Assembly (NCBI GenBank): GCA_951406725.2
Contig: OX597814.1
Span: 26,970,001-27,034,000 of the forward strand
DNA length: 64,000 bases
Reading direction: 5' to 3'
Origin: Octopus vulgaris
Lineage: Eukaryota
Shown: piece after piece, positions 28,161-42,225 of the stretch
Layout: the number at the start of each line of letters is the position of its first letter
How positions within the stretch are numbered: position 1 is the first letter of the stretch
Position numbers and translations under genes: made by a program
The notes under the pieces: model-generated
Databases searched by the model: none
Seen by the model: the letters and a program-made list of their open reading frames with translations, nothing else
Told to the model about the DNA's origin: nothing

Positions 28161-28819
28161 ACAATGACACCAATACAAACAATGCTGGTGTTATCAACAA
28201 TGATATTGATGAGAATGGCACTAATACTGATGTTGATGACAACACTGCCATTAATGACAAAAGAACAATCAGTGGAAAAGTGAACAAATTAATTTGAATT
28301 AATGAGCAATTAGCACAGAAGTGGGATAGTAGTAAGTGCTAATTTAACTTGGAACCTACTGTGGCCATTAAATCTGTAAAATAGACTATGTGCACATGTC
28401 ATAAGGAGAAGTAAATGTTTTGGGCAGGTGGCCTTCACTGAAGAATTTCCTTGTGCTACACAAAATTGTTTTACAAATTATATTGACTGCTTTTAGCCAA
28501 TGTAGAAACTGACTAGTTTCTATAGATACTAACTATCATTTTGGGCTGTTTTTTTTTTTTTGCATTGAAGCCATTACTTCGGATACTTTCAAATAAACTA
28601 TATCATTAAAATATTTAGAAAAATCATTAGGAGACAATCATCTTTTGCCATCACTATCTAAAATAAAAAAGGAAAATGACTTGGCTGAATTAGAGTCGTT
28701 GATGATAGCTCATACAAAATATGATCACACATGCAGTACATGTTATCATGAACTGTACCTTAAAGATTTATCTTGTCAATAATGAGCCAGTGAGAGAGTA
28801 TGTAGGTAGACACATAACC

Positions 28820-29010
28820 TAATAGAAATAGTAATAGTAACCAAATCTCCCTCAAATCACACCTGTCCAACAGTCTTAAATAAAGAAAAGAAACATTAGA
28901 TAATGTAATCATAAATATCCCCAAAAATAAAGGCTGGTCTTGACTGGAATGTCTTTCATCATAGGTCTGCTTGATCAGAGTTGACCCCAGGTTAAACAAT
29001 AATAACAACA
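28820..29010 (-). mobile_element. Representative of an old unclassified dispersed repeat (ttgtttag...ctgatcaagcagacctatga...gtgatttgagggagatttgg.t.ctatttctag)
   Basis: Related copies at ~20520-20710, ~38735-38915, ~40705-40880, ~48490-48690 and ~58400-58610. Confidence 0.6.
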
Positions 29011-29446
29011 TTAAGAACTTAAACACAAATCCTAACACATCATGTCAGAATGTACTTGTGAGAGGTGGCCTCACTGAGAAGTTCAAACAGCATCCGTCTG
29101 AAACGTTACCAAACAACATAAAACAAACAATATGATCAATAACCACATTTTTATTCAAATCATAATGATAATAATAATGGTTTCAAACATTGGCACCAGG
29201 CCAAACATTTTGAAGTCGTCTTCAGTTCCTCCAGTGCTTGATAGGTACATTCATTGATCTCAGAAGGATGAAAGACAAAGTTAGTTTCAGTAGGATTTGG
29301 ACAACAAGAATTGTAACATCAACAACAATAATAATGGTTTCCATTTTCTTTTTATGTAAATACTTTCTTTATTTGCCTCAAGCATGACATAAAAGAAAAC
29401 ATTTCAAGGATAATTTACAAAAATGATAAGAAATTTATGCAGAATT

Positions 29447-29855
29447 CATCATCATCACTTAATGTCTATACTTCCATGCTTGTATGGGTCAGGCAAAATT
29501 CTTTGAAATAGACTTTCTACAGATGGAAGTCTTTGTCACCAACCCTCACTTGTTTCCAAGTGATATGATATTTCCCGAAAGCTAGATATGTTTTTCTCAG
29601 TAGACTGGGGAAAAACAATCTTGTTTGTATGACAATGATACTCATTTACAATCTCACTTGATGTCTAGACAAGAGTACACACCCCCACATATTCATATAT
29701 ATGTATATGGCAAGCTTCTTCCAATTTCTGTCTACTACACCCACTCATAAGGCTTTGGTTGACCTAAGGCTATAGTAAAAGACACTTGCCCAAAGTGCCT
29801 CACAGTGAGATTGAACCCAAGATCACACACTGTCAAAAGTAAGTTTCTTAACTAC
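29447..29855 (-). mobile_element. tRNA-derived SINE (head family 1, tail B with RTE-like 3' end)
   Basis: Reverse complement of the 43249-type element, running from the catcatcatc tail to gacacttgcccaa...ttgaaccc...cttaac. Confidence 0.8.
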
Positions 29856-30257
29856 TAATTACAAAAAAAAAAACAGGCATTAAAAACAACAAAATACAAA
29901 AGGAATAAAATGAAAGATCCCAATAAGGGAGTAGTCATCTAGGACTAATCAAGAAATCACACAAAACCAAGAATAAATTGACTACCAAGAGCAACTGTCA
30001 GGACTGTACTCACCATTCTCATTTACTCTCTTTCTACCTTCAACTTCCTCTTTCTAAGTGATTATTAGATAAAGGATTGGCTGCTATTGAAGATATCTTG
30101 ATTTGATATAAAGTCACTCATTTACTACAGAACTGAATTCAAGTCAAATTAATTCATCCCAGTATGTACTCCTTCTGGAGGACACTCAGAAGAATGAAAA
30201 TTAAAGTCAAGCTTGGCAGCATCTGAACTCAAAGTGTAGAGGTTAAACTAAATTTTA

Positions 30258-31420
30258 CATCATCATCATCATTTAACATCTGCTTTCGATGCTGGCATGG
30301 GTTAGATGGTTTGACTGAAAACTGGTAAGCCCAGGAGCTGCACCAGGTTCCAATCTGATTTGGCAAAAATTCTACATTTGGACACACTTCCTTATGCCAA
30401 CCACTCTGAATGTGCAGTGGGTGTTTTTAACTTGCCACTGGTACAGGTACCATTGACTTGACACCAGCATCTGCCACAGCTATGGTCTCACTTGGCTTGA
30501 CAGGTCTACACAAGCATGGTATATCACCAATGGTCTTGGTCACCTGTCACTGCCTCCATGAGGCCCAACACTTGAACAGTCCTTTTTATGTGCCACTAGC
30601 ATGAGTGCCAGTCAGACAGCACTGGCATCAGCCATGGCTACAATTTCACTCAGTTTGACAGATCTTCACAAGCACAGCATATCGGCCAACAATTGAAGGA
30701 TGCTTTTAATGAGCCAGTTACATGACATGGGCATGATTATAATCTCACTTGACTTGATTGGTCTTCTCAAGCATGGCATATCTTCAAAGGTCTTGGTCAC
30801 TTGTTATTGCCTCCATGAGGCCCAACATTCGAAGATTGTACTTCACCACCTCATCCCATGTCTTCCTGAGTCTACTTCTTTTACAGGTTCCTTCTACTGT
30901 TAGAGTGCAGCACTTCTTCATGCAGCTGTCCTCATCCAAACACATCACATGACCACACCAGTGCAGTCGTCTCTCTTGCACACCACATTTGATGCTTCTT
31001 ATGTCCAACCTTTCTCTCAGGACACTTACACTCTGTCGACCATGCACACGAACACTGCACATCCAGCGGAGCATACTAGCTTCATTTCTTACAAGCCTAT
31101 ACATGTGCTCAGCAGTCATTGCTCATGTAGCATGACTGTTTGCAGGCATCATACAGTCTGCCTTTCACTCTGAAGTCCTTTGTTACCACCAGAGGTAGAA
31201 ACCTAGCCTATTCTTATTCTAGCAGCTATACTCTCAAATCATCCACCTCCGCTATTGACTTGGTCACCTAGGTAACGGAAGCTATCAACTACTTCTAGTT
31301 TTCCCCACTGGCATGTGATGGAATCTCATTTCTGTACATTTTTGGTGTTCATTAAACCTGTGCACTTTCCACATACAAAAACTAACCTTCCTCTGATATC
31401 GCTGCACCTGTCATGTGTCC
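30258..31420 (-). mobile_element. 5'-truncated RTE LINE (end of RT, thumb, repetitive 3'UTR, GAT tail)
   Basis: ORF 30784-31119 RNEASMLRWMC...VQERRLHWCGHV...RKTWDEVVK is the RTE C-terminus. LEVVDSFRYLGD lies at ~31265-31300. Confidence 0.9.
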
Positions 31421-31639
31421 ATCATTACAAAACATTAATATTCCAACATCCGCTATTTCTGCTCTATGATGATGGTGGTAGAGATGATAATTGTCAGGGA
31501 GATATTTAACTTTTGCAAAGAAAGAATTTCATGACTTTTGTTTATTAGTTTGATAAAATTTATTGATTTATATATAAAATATATAGAAGTTTGTTTCTTA
31601 ACTACATGGTTTAATATTTAGTCCACTGCATGGTGAAGA

Positions 31640-32092
31640 GCAGGCATAGCTGTCCAGTTAAGAAGATTGATTCTCAATAATAAGATTTCAGGTTCAGTCC
31701 TACTTCATATGACCTTGGGTAAGTGTTTTCTACCATAGACCTGGGCCAACCATTGCTTTGTGAGTGAACATGGTAGACTGAAACTGTATGAAATCTATTG
31801 TATATACATGTGCGTGTATGCATATGCATACATACATGTGTGTATATGTGAGTGTTTACATCCTGCACGCTTGGCAAGAAAAAGCACTGAGCTACAAAGC
31901 TCAATCATTTCCCTGTCAATAGTGGTTTGCTGGCTCCTTGCTTTCAAAGACATGTGAAATATGAGATTCCTTACTTGAACAATAAAACTTAACAGCAGGT
32001 AGGGATATCTGGCTGTAAAACAATACCTCAATAATAAATATTCATCCAACCACTGCTAGCATGGAAAAACAGACATAAAAAAGAATGAATGA
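31640..32092 (+). mobile_element. tRNA-derived SINE (head family 1, tail C)
   Basis: B box GGTTCAGTCC, body ccttgggtaagtgttttctac, a (TG/TATG) hinge, and a distinct tail ending gctagcatggaaaaacagacataaaaaagaatgaatgat. Confidence 0.7.
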
Positions 32093-32417
32093 TTATAAAG
32101 CAGAGAACTGACAGTATTGTTAGCATTTCAGATAAAATGTGTTGTAATGTTTGCTTCAGTCCCCTTTACTTAATGGTCAACTTGATGGTCAATCTTTCTT
32201 TTCATTTTTAGGAGTCAATAAATAAAATACTTGCCAAGTGTTGATGCCACCCCTTCTCTGAGTCTCTTTCTGACTGTATTGGATATTCCATTTAGTTAAG
32301 AGTCAAAGAATCAAAGCTCTATATCTACTCTAAGGTCACCTGTAATATAAAGTAAAAGCATAGTATATGCTAATACAAAATCGCATTCAACCACAAGTGA
32401 CAGCTGCACATTTTATA

Positions 32418-32816
32418 TCTTTAAATATAAAAGTCAAGTTGTGTGTCTGTCTCCTACGATTTAGATTCCTAACTACTCCCACATTTTGCAGTGCAGTTTA
32501 ACCAAAACCGGGTATCTTATAGTCGTGATTCATATCGAGCCCTTCTGGGTATTAGCGTGAGTCTACAATGAGTCTACGATTTTAAAAAAAATTTACCATC
32601 ATTTTTTTCCATTTTAATGCATTTTTTCGCTATTATATAAGGGAAGTAACTCTCTAAAAATGTCTACGATGAGTCAACGATTTAAAAAAAAATTTACCAT
32701 AATTTTTTTTCCATTTTTTAATGCATTTTTTTGTTATTTTTTGGCTATAACTCTCTAAAAATGCTTATATAGTTATTTCCCTTACAAACCCGAGCAACGC
32801 TGGGCGATACTGCTAG
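32418..32816 (+). mobile_element. Non-autonomous Helitron (399 bp)
   Basis: 5' A|TCTTTAAATATAAAAG. The 3' end has a GC hairpin cccgagcaacgctggg about 8 nt before terminal CTAG|T. No TSD; inserted between A and T. Internal ~100-bp direct repeat. Confidence 0.8.
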
Positions 32817-33470
32817 TATAATATATAAATTAACATAGTCATTAGCAAACTGGTAGAGTATCATACTTCCCTTTACATTCTGAGTCCAAGCCCTACTGCA
32901 GTCAACTTTTATTTTCATCCTTCTAAAATTGATAAAGTACTAGGAGATAGGTGCTGATATATTCATCTATACACTTGACAGCAGTAGCTCAGCATGGCCA
33001 CAGACCAAAGACTGATACCAATAAAAGAAATTTATGTACTTTGTTTTGAATATTTTATTTTATTTTGTGATATTTACTTATTTTGTCACACCTCTAGTTA
33101 CTTCCAATCAGACTTCTAAGATAAAAAATAATTCTTTGAAATATATTATTAATGGTGGCTATGGCAGTGGTAATGATGAGGAAGAAGAGAATTATGATAA
33201 TGGTGGGGAGGACAATGATGATGATGATGATGATGAAGTGGAGCTGAAGGGAAGAGTAGCAATGATGATTGAAGATGATGATCATCATCATTATCGTTAT
33301 CATTATCATTATAATAATCATTTTGCTTCTGGCACATGGGATTTGATGTTAGATGTTTATATGGGTTTGCATGCAAATCTTCCTTTTTTTATATATATAT
33401 TTTACTTTGCTTCTATGATTCATATGTTTTTTAGAGTATTTCTTTTATTTACTTCCATTAAAAATAAACA

Positions 33471-33516
<46 letters not shown>

Positions 33517-33700
33517 GAGTGTTACTGCTATATCTTGTGGAAAGACATTTTTCCATAATAACCCAAACTATGAAAAATTGTAATTGTATCAGTCATGCTA
33601 AATAACATAGACACTGTACATACATACATGTGTGTGTATGGGTATGTATATATATATATATGTGTGTGTGTGTGTTGTGTGTATGGGTATGTATATATAC

Positions 33701-33739
<39 letters not shown>

Positions 33740-33958
33740 CACACACACATAGAAGTATATATAAATAAATATCAATATGGAAACATATGCATACAAATAT
33801 ATCTATATAGGCCACTTTAGTGAAACTTCGAAGTTGCAGTCAGACTGATTTTAAAAATAGATACATATATGCATGCACATATATAAACACACACATTCAT
33901 ACATGTAGACAAACACACAGATAAGTATGTGTATGTATATATATATACAAATATATAC

Positions 33959-34001
<43 letters not shown>

Positions 34002-34020
34002 CAGATAGATAGATAGATAA

Positions 34021-34059
<39 letters not shown>

Positions 34060-35408
34060 TTTATGTATATGTATGTGTATATATATATATATATATAGAT
34101 AGATAGATAGATAGATAGATAAATATATGTATGTTCGTGTCTGTGTGTGTGTGTACATATACGTACATATTTATATATAATATATACACATCATCATCAT
34201 CATCATACACATATATGTATACACATACACACACACATATAGATATATATATTCACATACATATATTCATACCAATAGGCAAGCAAAGATGTGTGTGTGT
34301 GTGTGTGTGTGTTCACATTCAATCCAGATTTTGCCAACAGCATCAATATAACACTTATTTCACAATCTTGCAATGGTTATTTGCAGCCCAGATTACTGAT
34401 TATCTTCTCATAATTTACAAGTGCTTCCAAATCCTGTTGAATTCCTATTTATGTTGAGTTTGATGATAACAAATGGAAATCTTATTTATTTATAGCTCTT
34501 AGATATTTATTTATAGCTCTTAGCTCAAAGAATTCCTTTGCTTTCCTTTTTGGTTGGTTTTTGGTATATTTTTCGGCATTTACTTTTTTAAACACAGTGC
34601 TACACCCACTTTCCATAATCTCATTGCATCTGTTTGTATACTAATATGTATACTTATAAATGTAGGTTTGTATGTTTGCATGAATAACTATATTTGCATT
34701 CATGCTCATATAAATATTTTATATACTTTTCTCAACATCTCTCTTTCTCTCTTTCCCTCTCCTTCATATATATATATATATATATATGTATGCATACATA
34801 CATATACAATATGCACACACACATGTATTTATATATAAACATATGCCACAGTTATAGACATCATATCAGCATCATCACCATTATAATTATCATCACCATC
34901 ATTATTAACATCATTATCATGTAATATCAACTCTCTATGGTGGCATGAGTTGGATTATTCAGTCATATCTGACAAGCTGGGGGACTCTGATGTACTCTAA
35001 TGTCTGTTTTGACATGATTTCTATGGCCGAATGCCATTCCTGATACCAGCTACATTACAATGTGTTCTGGACGATTTTGTGTAAGCAATTCTAGTGAAGT
35101 TGCATGGCAATTCACAGGACTAAAGAACCTGAAGGTCCCCCTAAAACTCAAGAAGAGTAGAATAAGGAATGTAAAGATTTTAGGCAATGTGATGAGAAAG
35201 GTGAAGTATGCTGAAATGAAGAGATTTATAACTGTGAGAGGATGATAGTGGAAAGAGTAATAGAGTATTCACTAATGGGCGAGGAAATATGGAGGAGACA
35301 GGGGAGAGGAAAGGAACTGATAAATGGCTTGTGAGAAAATGAAGGGCAGAGAGATAACAGTGCTGAAATGAGTTATGTAGCAGGGTTCAGGACTACCCCA
35401 TTATAAAA

Positions 35409-35731
35409 CAGTGGTTCTCAATCATTTTTTATCGATGGATCCTTTTGATTATTATTTTACTCTGGGGGGATACCCATAGCCATTTGATGTTTAAAAATTA
35501 GTTTTATTGAGACTTTTTTCAAAATTTCTGTTTTGTTTATCACACATTCACTTGTGTAGGTTGAACTATGTAAAAAACATCAGAGAAAGAAACCAGTTTC
35601 TATCAATAAAAACATCTAAAGCAAAATATTTTTTCATGACCTAATTTACTATTTTGCTTGTGTGGACCATCCTTCTCCCTATCCAAAAACAATTTTATAT
35701 GGACCACAAATAACCCATTTGAGGACCACTG
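35409..35731. mobile_element. hAT (Buster/Charlie-type) MITE, 323 bp
   Basis: TIRs CAGTGGTTCTCAA / TTGAGGACCACTG. Degenerate 8-bp TSD ttataaaa / ttataagg with central TA. Nested in an older purine-rich element. Confidence 0.85.
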
Positions 35732-36882
35732 TTATAAGGGCATGTATGTATGGAATGCTTGAGAAGGGAACAGGAAAGAGAGAATATAAGTGAGTGAGAT
35801 GAGAATCTAGAGAGACTCACTGAAGGAAAGGAAAATAAGGGAGTCATGTGTGTATGCCAGAAAGTGAGGGATTAGAGGGTGTTAAGGTGGTGGAGAGAAA
35901 ACAGGGATAGAAAAAGAGACAATTCATATGGTTAAGTTCCACACTATGTTTAAAAACACTTGCCCAGGATTACACAAAGTGGAACTGAACCCAGAACCTC
36001 ATGATTTTGAAGTGAACTTCCCAACAACCTACATATACATTGTACACACAGACACATACATATATACAAGGACACACATGCATATGTACAAACACAAATA
36101 GTCATACACACACACAACTTGTGTGCATGTATGTGTGTGTACATATATATATATAGGCATATACCACAGTGTATAATATTTAAACTGTATATGCAAATGC
36201 AGAATGGCACTGGGTATAATATTTTGTCACAGAGAAAATTTATCAGAGACATCTATGTTAAAAACACAGGGCTTTCTTCATTGATAAACATATTCACAGA
36301 TACACACTCACATACATATATACACACGTACACACACACACATGCGCTCACATACATACACACAAACAAACACTCACACACACATATATGCATGTACACA
36401 CCCTTTGAACATACACAATCCAAGAGTGCAAAGAATGAATGAAGAGATATCTCCATTGATCAACAACACACACACCAAGTTTTGTGAGAGTTCTTCTGCA
36501 AGAATAAAATGTCTAACTTGTACAGCCTCAAACCTTATGCAGCATTAATTCCTTATAACTTACTTGCCAGAAACCGTCAGCTACTCTCTTCGTGAACGTC
36601 TACAGCACTTTAAGATTTTTTTTTTCCTTAGAGAGCTTCAATAATTTATATCTACTTGAAAAGCATTTTACAACCTTATATTATACCAAGACAGAAAGAT
36701 GTGGGGGTGGAGTGGTGTTATTATTTTTCTGGGGGTCTTCTTTGTTATTTTGTCTTATTTTTATATACATTTTTATATTCAATTTTTTTTTTAAATACTG
36801 TGCATGTGTGACTTAATCATTGCATTTTTCAAAAATCATGTTCTCCCTCACTTGAGATTTATATATATATATATAAACATGC

Positions 36883-36930
<48 letters not shown>

Positions 36931-37018
36931 TACAAATATATATATAAAAACATGCACATGTATATATATATATATATACACATATATATATATATATAAA
37001 AACATGCATATACATATA

Positions 37019-37058
<40 letters not shown>

Positions 37059-37078
37059 CATTATATATATATATACAT

Positions 37079-37150
<72 letters not shown>

Positions 37151-37385
37151 AAGAGAGAGACAGAATTTAGGATAGAAGGATAGAGACAATGATGTCATCT
37201 TTTATACATATATGTATGCATGTATATATAAAATGTGACATCTTTCTTTCTATCCATCTATCCTAAATGCTCTCTGTATTTCCAATACAGTTTCTAGATA
37301 TTTCATATTATCTCTCCCTTCCCTCTATTCTTTAGCTACCTTAATAATCCCTCTGTACTTATTTCCAAGATATACTCTCTTTCTT

Positions 37386-37428
<43 letters not shown>

Positions 37429-38916
37429 CTCTATCTATAGTTTCCTTTTCCTCTCCATAATCTGCTTCCCTGCATTTTCTATTATCCAGATTCTCTCTTT
37501 AACACATACACACATTATATATATATATATATCCCATAATACTCATTTTTCTCTTCTCATTTCACTTTTCTTTTTTTCCTTTCTTGCAATTTTTACAACT
37601 ATATTTCTTCCTTTTCCATAAATTTTTGTTGCAATGCATTTTACTACCACCTCTCTACCACTACACATTTCTATATATTTACATATTTTAGACACAGTAT
37701 AGTAAAGCTGGCATACACATTATGCATGTATACACACACCCACACATTTGCATATATGTAAAAATGTATATAAGTGTGTATGTGCATGTGTCTAACTTCT
37801 ACACCTATTTTTCTCTCTATCTATCAAGTTAATTTCTTCTGCTGACTTCTGGTGAAATATTACTTTGCATTGGCAAAGAAGTCACTTGGGTATCATAGCA
37901 ATATAACACTTTTGCTTAACACTTGACTACCAGAATTGCAGCTGTCAGAGAAAATATATTATAAAAATGAAAGAAAAATGTGATTAATTTGTGTAGAGTC
38001 AGAGCTTTTTTTTTTCTTTTTTCTCCTTTACTACCTACTAAGTTTTCTGAACACTCCAAGAAATCTTCCGCATTTTTAGTTTAAAAATCAAATGAAAAAA
38101 TGAAACCAGATAAATACTGCATAAATGAACTATAATAAATTTTTAAGTAACAGTCAAATATGTTGAAGTATTTGTCCAAAATAGAAGAGTGATTTGGAGG
38201 AAAAACTGTTGTGTTACAAAAAGAGAAATCAGAAGATAACTTTGCATGTCAAAACCTTTAAAGTGGGCAAAACCTTGAATTGGAAAAATGAATTTTTCTC
38301 TTACCGTTTTTGTTTTTTTTTCACCTTTTCCTCCTGCCTTTCCTGAAGCGTTACTTGCTACTTCATTTCAGATGTTAAGAGATGTTATGAAGAATTTTGC
38401 TATATTTTACTTTTAACTGATTTGTAAGCAGGATTATCTGCTATGACAGTTACAGTGGCTCAAAACTGTAGTTATATCCATTTAAAGCAGTAATCAACCA
38501 GAGAAACAAGATTTAACTATAGTAATCCTCATCATCAAGAAGCCTAACTTTTGTTGTTTCTGTATTAGCACAAAGCTTGTCTCATCAAAATCCATCTTTT
38601 GGCATGTAAAGTTGTGCTGAAGTAATCCCAGAAGTGTAAAAAAAATGTATCTTCTGCCAGTAGAATATGCAAAAGATATTGCAAGTGAGAAATACCACCA
38701 TTTTAACCAACTAGTATAATGTTGGTTATACTAGTTGTTGCTATTGTTTAGCCCTTATAGTGCAGACTTATGACCACAAGTGTTCCATTTATGACCACCT
38801 CATTTTTTTGTGTATCTCAGTGGGTTTTGTGCAATATGTCCTTCCAATTTTAAGATAGTTAGTGTGATTTGAGTGAACTTGCTGCTATTTCTAGTAAATA
38901 AAGCAACTGTGTAAAG

Positions 38917-40005
38917 CAGTGGCTCTGAACCTTTTTAATATCTGGGCCAAATCCAAAACCTGGATTTTTTTAGGGAGTTGCACAAAAAAAGTAAAACATG
39001 AGTCAATTCAAGAAAAATTTATTATATTTATAGAGGAAAGGTCGTAACAAAAAATTGTAAAACAATGGAACTTAATGTGAAACTTGATGTTGTTTTTAAC
39101 TTTCAACTAGTTTGTCAAAATTAGGGCTCGTGGTAGAAGATGCAGTATGCAAAAGCTGGTTCACATGATTGTCAGTCAACTGGTTGTCATATTTTGTTTT
39201 GACACTCACTGCTTTGCTGAGAAGTGCTTCAGGCACATATGTTGAACCAAATTCAGAAGCATTTTTCTGTGCATTAGCAATTGAGGTAGGATAGTCTTCC
39301 CTTCTTGGATTCAACTCCAGAAGTCAAGTAGCTGACTAGCCTTGAATGCAGATGTTAGTTCCACATCTGACTGCAAGTCCTGGAGCTTCATTTGAAATTC
39401 TTCAGGAGTGGTGGTCATATGTATCTCCATAGGTGCTAAAAGTATTTTCATCAGGGGCAAGGAATCCTTGATGTCACCAAAATGGCATTCAAATTGATCA
39501 ATCAAGTTATTAATGATTTTGTTGTGCTCAAAAAGTGAGTAAAAATGGGTTGTAGTGCTATGTGCATTGTGTGTCTTCAAAGGCAAAGTTTTACAATAAA
39601 AGCCGAGACTATACTGTACAATTCATGGCATAAGTTGTCCTTACCATGTAGGGTGTAATTCAAAGTCAAAAGGTATGCGATGACCTTGAAAGCCAAATCA
39701 GCAATCCATTCTTTGTTGCTAAGCTGAGGTAAGATTATCTTCTCTTCAGCAAAAGCTTTGATTTCTGGGAGAAGTTTGTAGAACCTATTGAGGCATGTGG
39801 CATGGTTTAACCATTGAACAGCATGAACACATCTCCATAGTCAGCATCAATATCTGCTAGAATATGCTTGAAATTATGATGGACCACGGCTTTTGCATGA
39901 TTCCAATTTACAATTGATATTGCAATCTCTGTCACACTAACCATTTTCAGTGACTTAGCAATGATATTTTCCTGGTGTATAATGCAGTGGTTCTTTACAC
40001 AGGAG
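38917..40005 (-). mobile_element. Decayed hAT (Buster/SPIN/GTF2IRD2-like) transposase, 3' half with terminal inverted repeat
   Basis: Minus-strand motifs HCIIHQE, DIDADYGD, EWIADLAF, EEFQMKLQDLQSD, FGSTYV.E..S..K.KY.NQLTD. TIR CAGTGGCTCTGAACC at 38917, preceded by gtgTAaag. Confidence 0.85.
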
Positions 40006-40010
40006 TAAGG

Positions 40011-40202
40011 TTATTATTGTAAAATCTCACAGGATCTTATATTCAGTGACACCTGATTCATGCTCTTACCCTGTACTTTTCCTAGTCTCCAGTGAACAAA
40101 CTTAGTCACATTATCGTACCTTGTTTTGTAGTGCTTTTGAACCAGTTTGCTACACTTGCTCACAATATGTGAGATCGTTTCATTTTTGCTGCCACACATC
40201 AC

Positions 40203-40204
<2 letters not shown>
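40011..40204 (-). mobile_element. Fragment of an R4/Dong-like non-LTR retroelement (CCHC zinc knuckle preceding the restriction-like endonuclease)
   Basis: MCGSKNETISHIVSKCSKLVQKHYKTRYDNVTKFVHW matches C..ET..HI...C..L....Y..RHD.V...HW. Flanked by (TAA)n. Confidence 0.75.
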
Positions 40205-40253
<49 letters not shown>

Positions 40254-42158
40254 CATTATTAATTTTTTATGCTATAGTAACTACTATTATCATTATATTT
40301 CTGACAATATTGATGATAAAAAATATAATAAAGCTTACATTAATGATGATGATGATGATGATGGCAATGGCAACAATAACGACAGTAGCAGCAATGATGA
40401 CAACAACGGTGACGTTAGAGACAAATGATGAGGCTGATGATGGTGATGATTTATTTCCTTTAACATGAACTCTACATAATAAAAGTATATAACTTCATAA
40501 ACATCACTTAGGCATCACACAGGAAGGGAGCTGTATACACAACATTGTTTACCTCTCAGTCTTTCATCATTGCAGTGTAGTAATTATTGAGAATTTTACT
40601 GTAAAATTACAAACAACTAGATTTCACTGAACAATAATTCAACGTAGTTTACAAAAGAATGTGTTTTTTAATAATTATTTAGATGGTTAGGTGAAGTCAC
40701 AGTAATGTTGTTGTTTAGTCCTGAGTTTGCACTCATCAAGTAGATCTAAAGCATAAAATGCTATAGTCATAGCAATCGTTTCTTTTTGTTTTTGTTTTTC
40801 TGTTATATTGTGTCTTTTCTTATTTAAGACAGCAGAGTATGGACTCAGGAAAGTTTAGATGCTGTTCTTTGCTGATAATCATGCAGAGGTTTTCCCTTTG
40901 GCTTCTAGAATTGTTGCTGTTTGGTAAAGAAGAAGACTATAATGTTTTACAGAAATTTGTTTTGTCTCTTTATGAGATCTGAGTTCAAATCCTGCCAACG
41001 TCCTTTTTTGTCTTTTTCTTATCATGCTGAGGTGTAACTTAGGGTTAATCCAATCGATTATTTCAGTTATTAAACACCACCCCCCCCCACACACACACAC
41101 AAACACACTACAAAGTTGTGGCAATGAGCCAACGTCAGAAAATGGAGTACTGAATTAAAGAAAGCTATATATTGACAGTAGAAGGTTTCCACAACTGAAG
41201 GGTGAATTAGTGACATTAGATTATGAACCTCACAGATGTGATGATATAGAATTTTGAAGAATTTTGAACTGTCACAAAAAGAAGACATTATTTTAATGAC
41301 TTAATGTGCAGGGTATCAAAACACTGTAAAGTAGTCTATCTAACACTCTTAATGACTCTGCCAATTCACAGCTCTCTGTGTGATGTATCTAAATGATGAG
41401 GAGGATGATGATGATGATGCAAACGATGCTGATGAAAACGATGATGATGACGACAATGACTTGAAAGGAATTTAGTTTATTTTTCAAAGCTCCATCTTAT
41501 TCTGGTGTTCCATTATCTCCTGTTTGTCTTGTTCTTTTTATAGCAGTTCAGTCCAAATGTTTAGCACAGTATGAATGTAAAAACGTTACCTGAATCTTGA
41601 ATATTCTAGCTATGTAACTTTGCACTTTTTAAATTTTGTTTTCTTTTCTTTTCTTTTCTTTCTTCAAGTTTAACACTTTCACTCTCTATCATCAGTTTCT
41701 AAATATTGCTAAAAACAACACCAATTTCAAATAGCTCTTTAAAAAGAAAACAAATAACTTCACTTATCAAACCCGAGATCACAAACATAATCAAATATTC
41801 AATATTTTTTAATATTTGATAATGTTTTTTTTAGGTTAATAATGAAGATGTTGTTCCAAGCAACAAATTTTTCACTTAAGAATTTGCTGTTTATTTTGAT
41901 CAATGAGGATTTTTTTCACTCAAGAATATATGTATATTTATGTGTGTGTGCGTATATATATATATAACTGGGGGGGCTGTATTTACATGAGTATATGTGT
42001 GCATAGGTGTCTGTGTGTATATGTTACGTGTGCAAGCATATGTTTGTGTATGCATGTAAAGTGTATGTGTGCTTTTGCAGATATGTCTTCCACACATACA
42101 CAAAACTCTGAGCTCATATCAAGCACTTAAATGTTTCTGAACTTGAAAACAAGTAAAG

Positions 42159-42225
<67 letters not shown>

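Noticed and set aside
29070-29112. ctgagaag...gtctgaaacgtta hammerhead-like string
   Set aside because: The CUGANGA box is one base short, helices I and II are unconvincing, and it is a single copy.
33034-33558. 174-aa ORF with signal-like N-terminus and acidic/His-rich tracts
   Set aside because: It is built from GAT/CAT/AAT microsatellites and T-rich sequence, with no recognisable domain.
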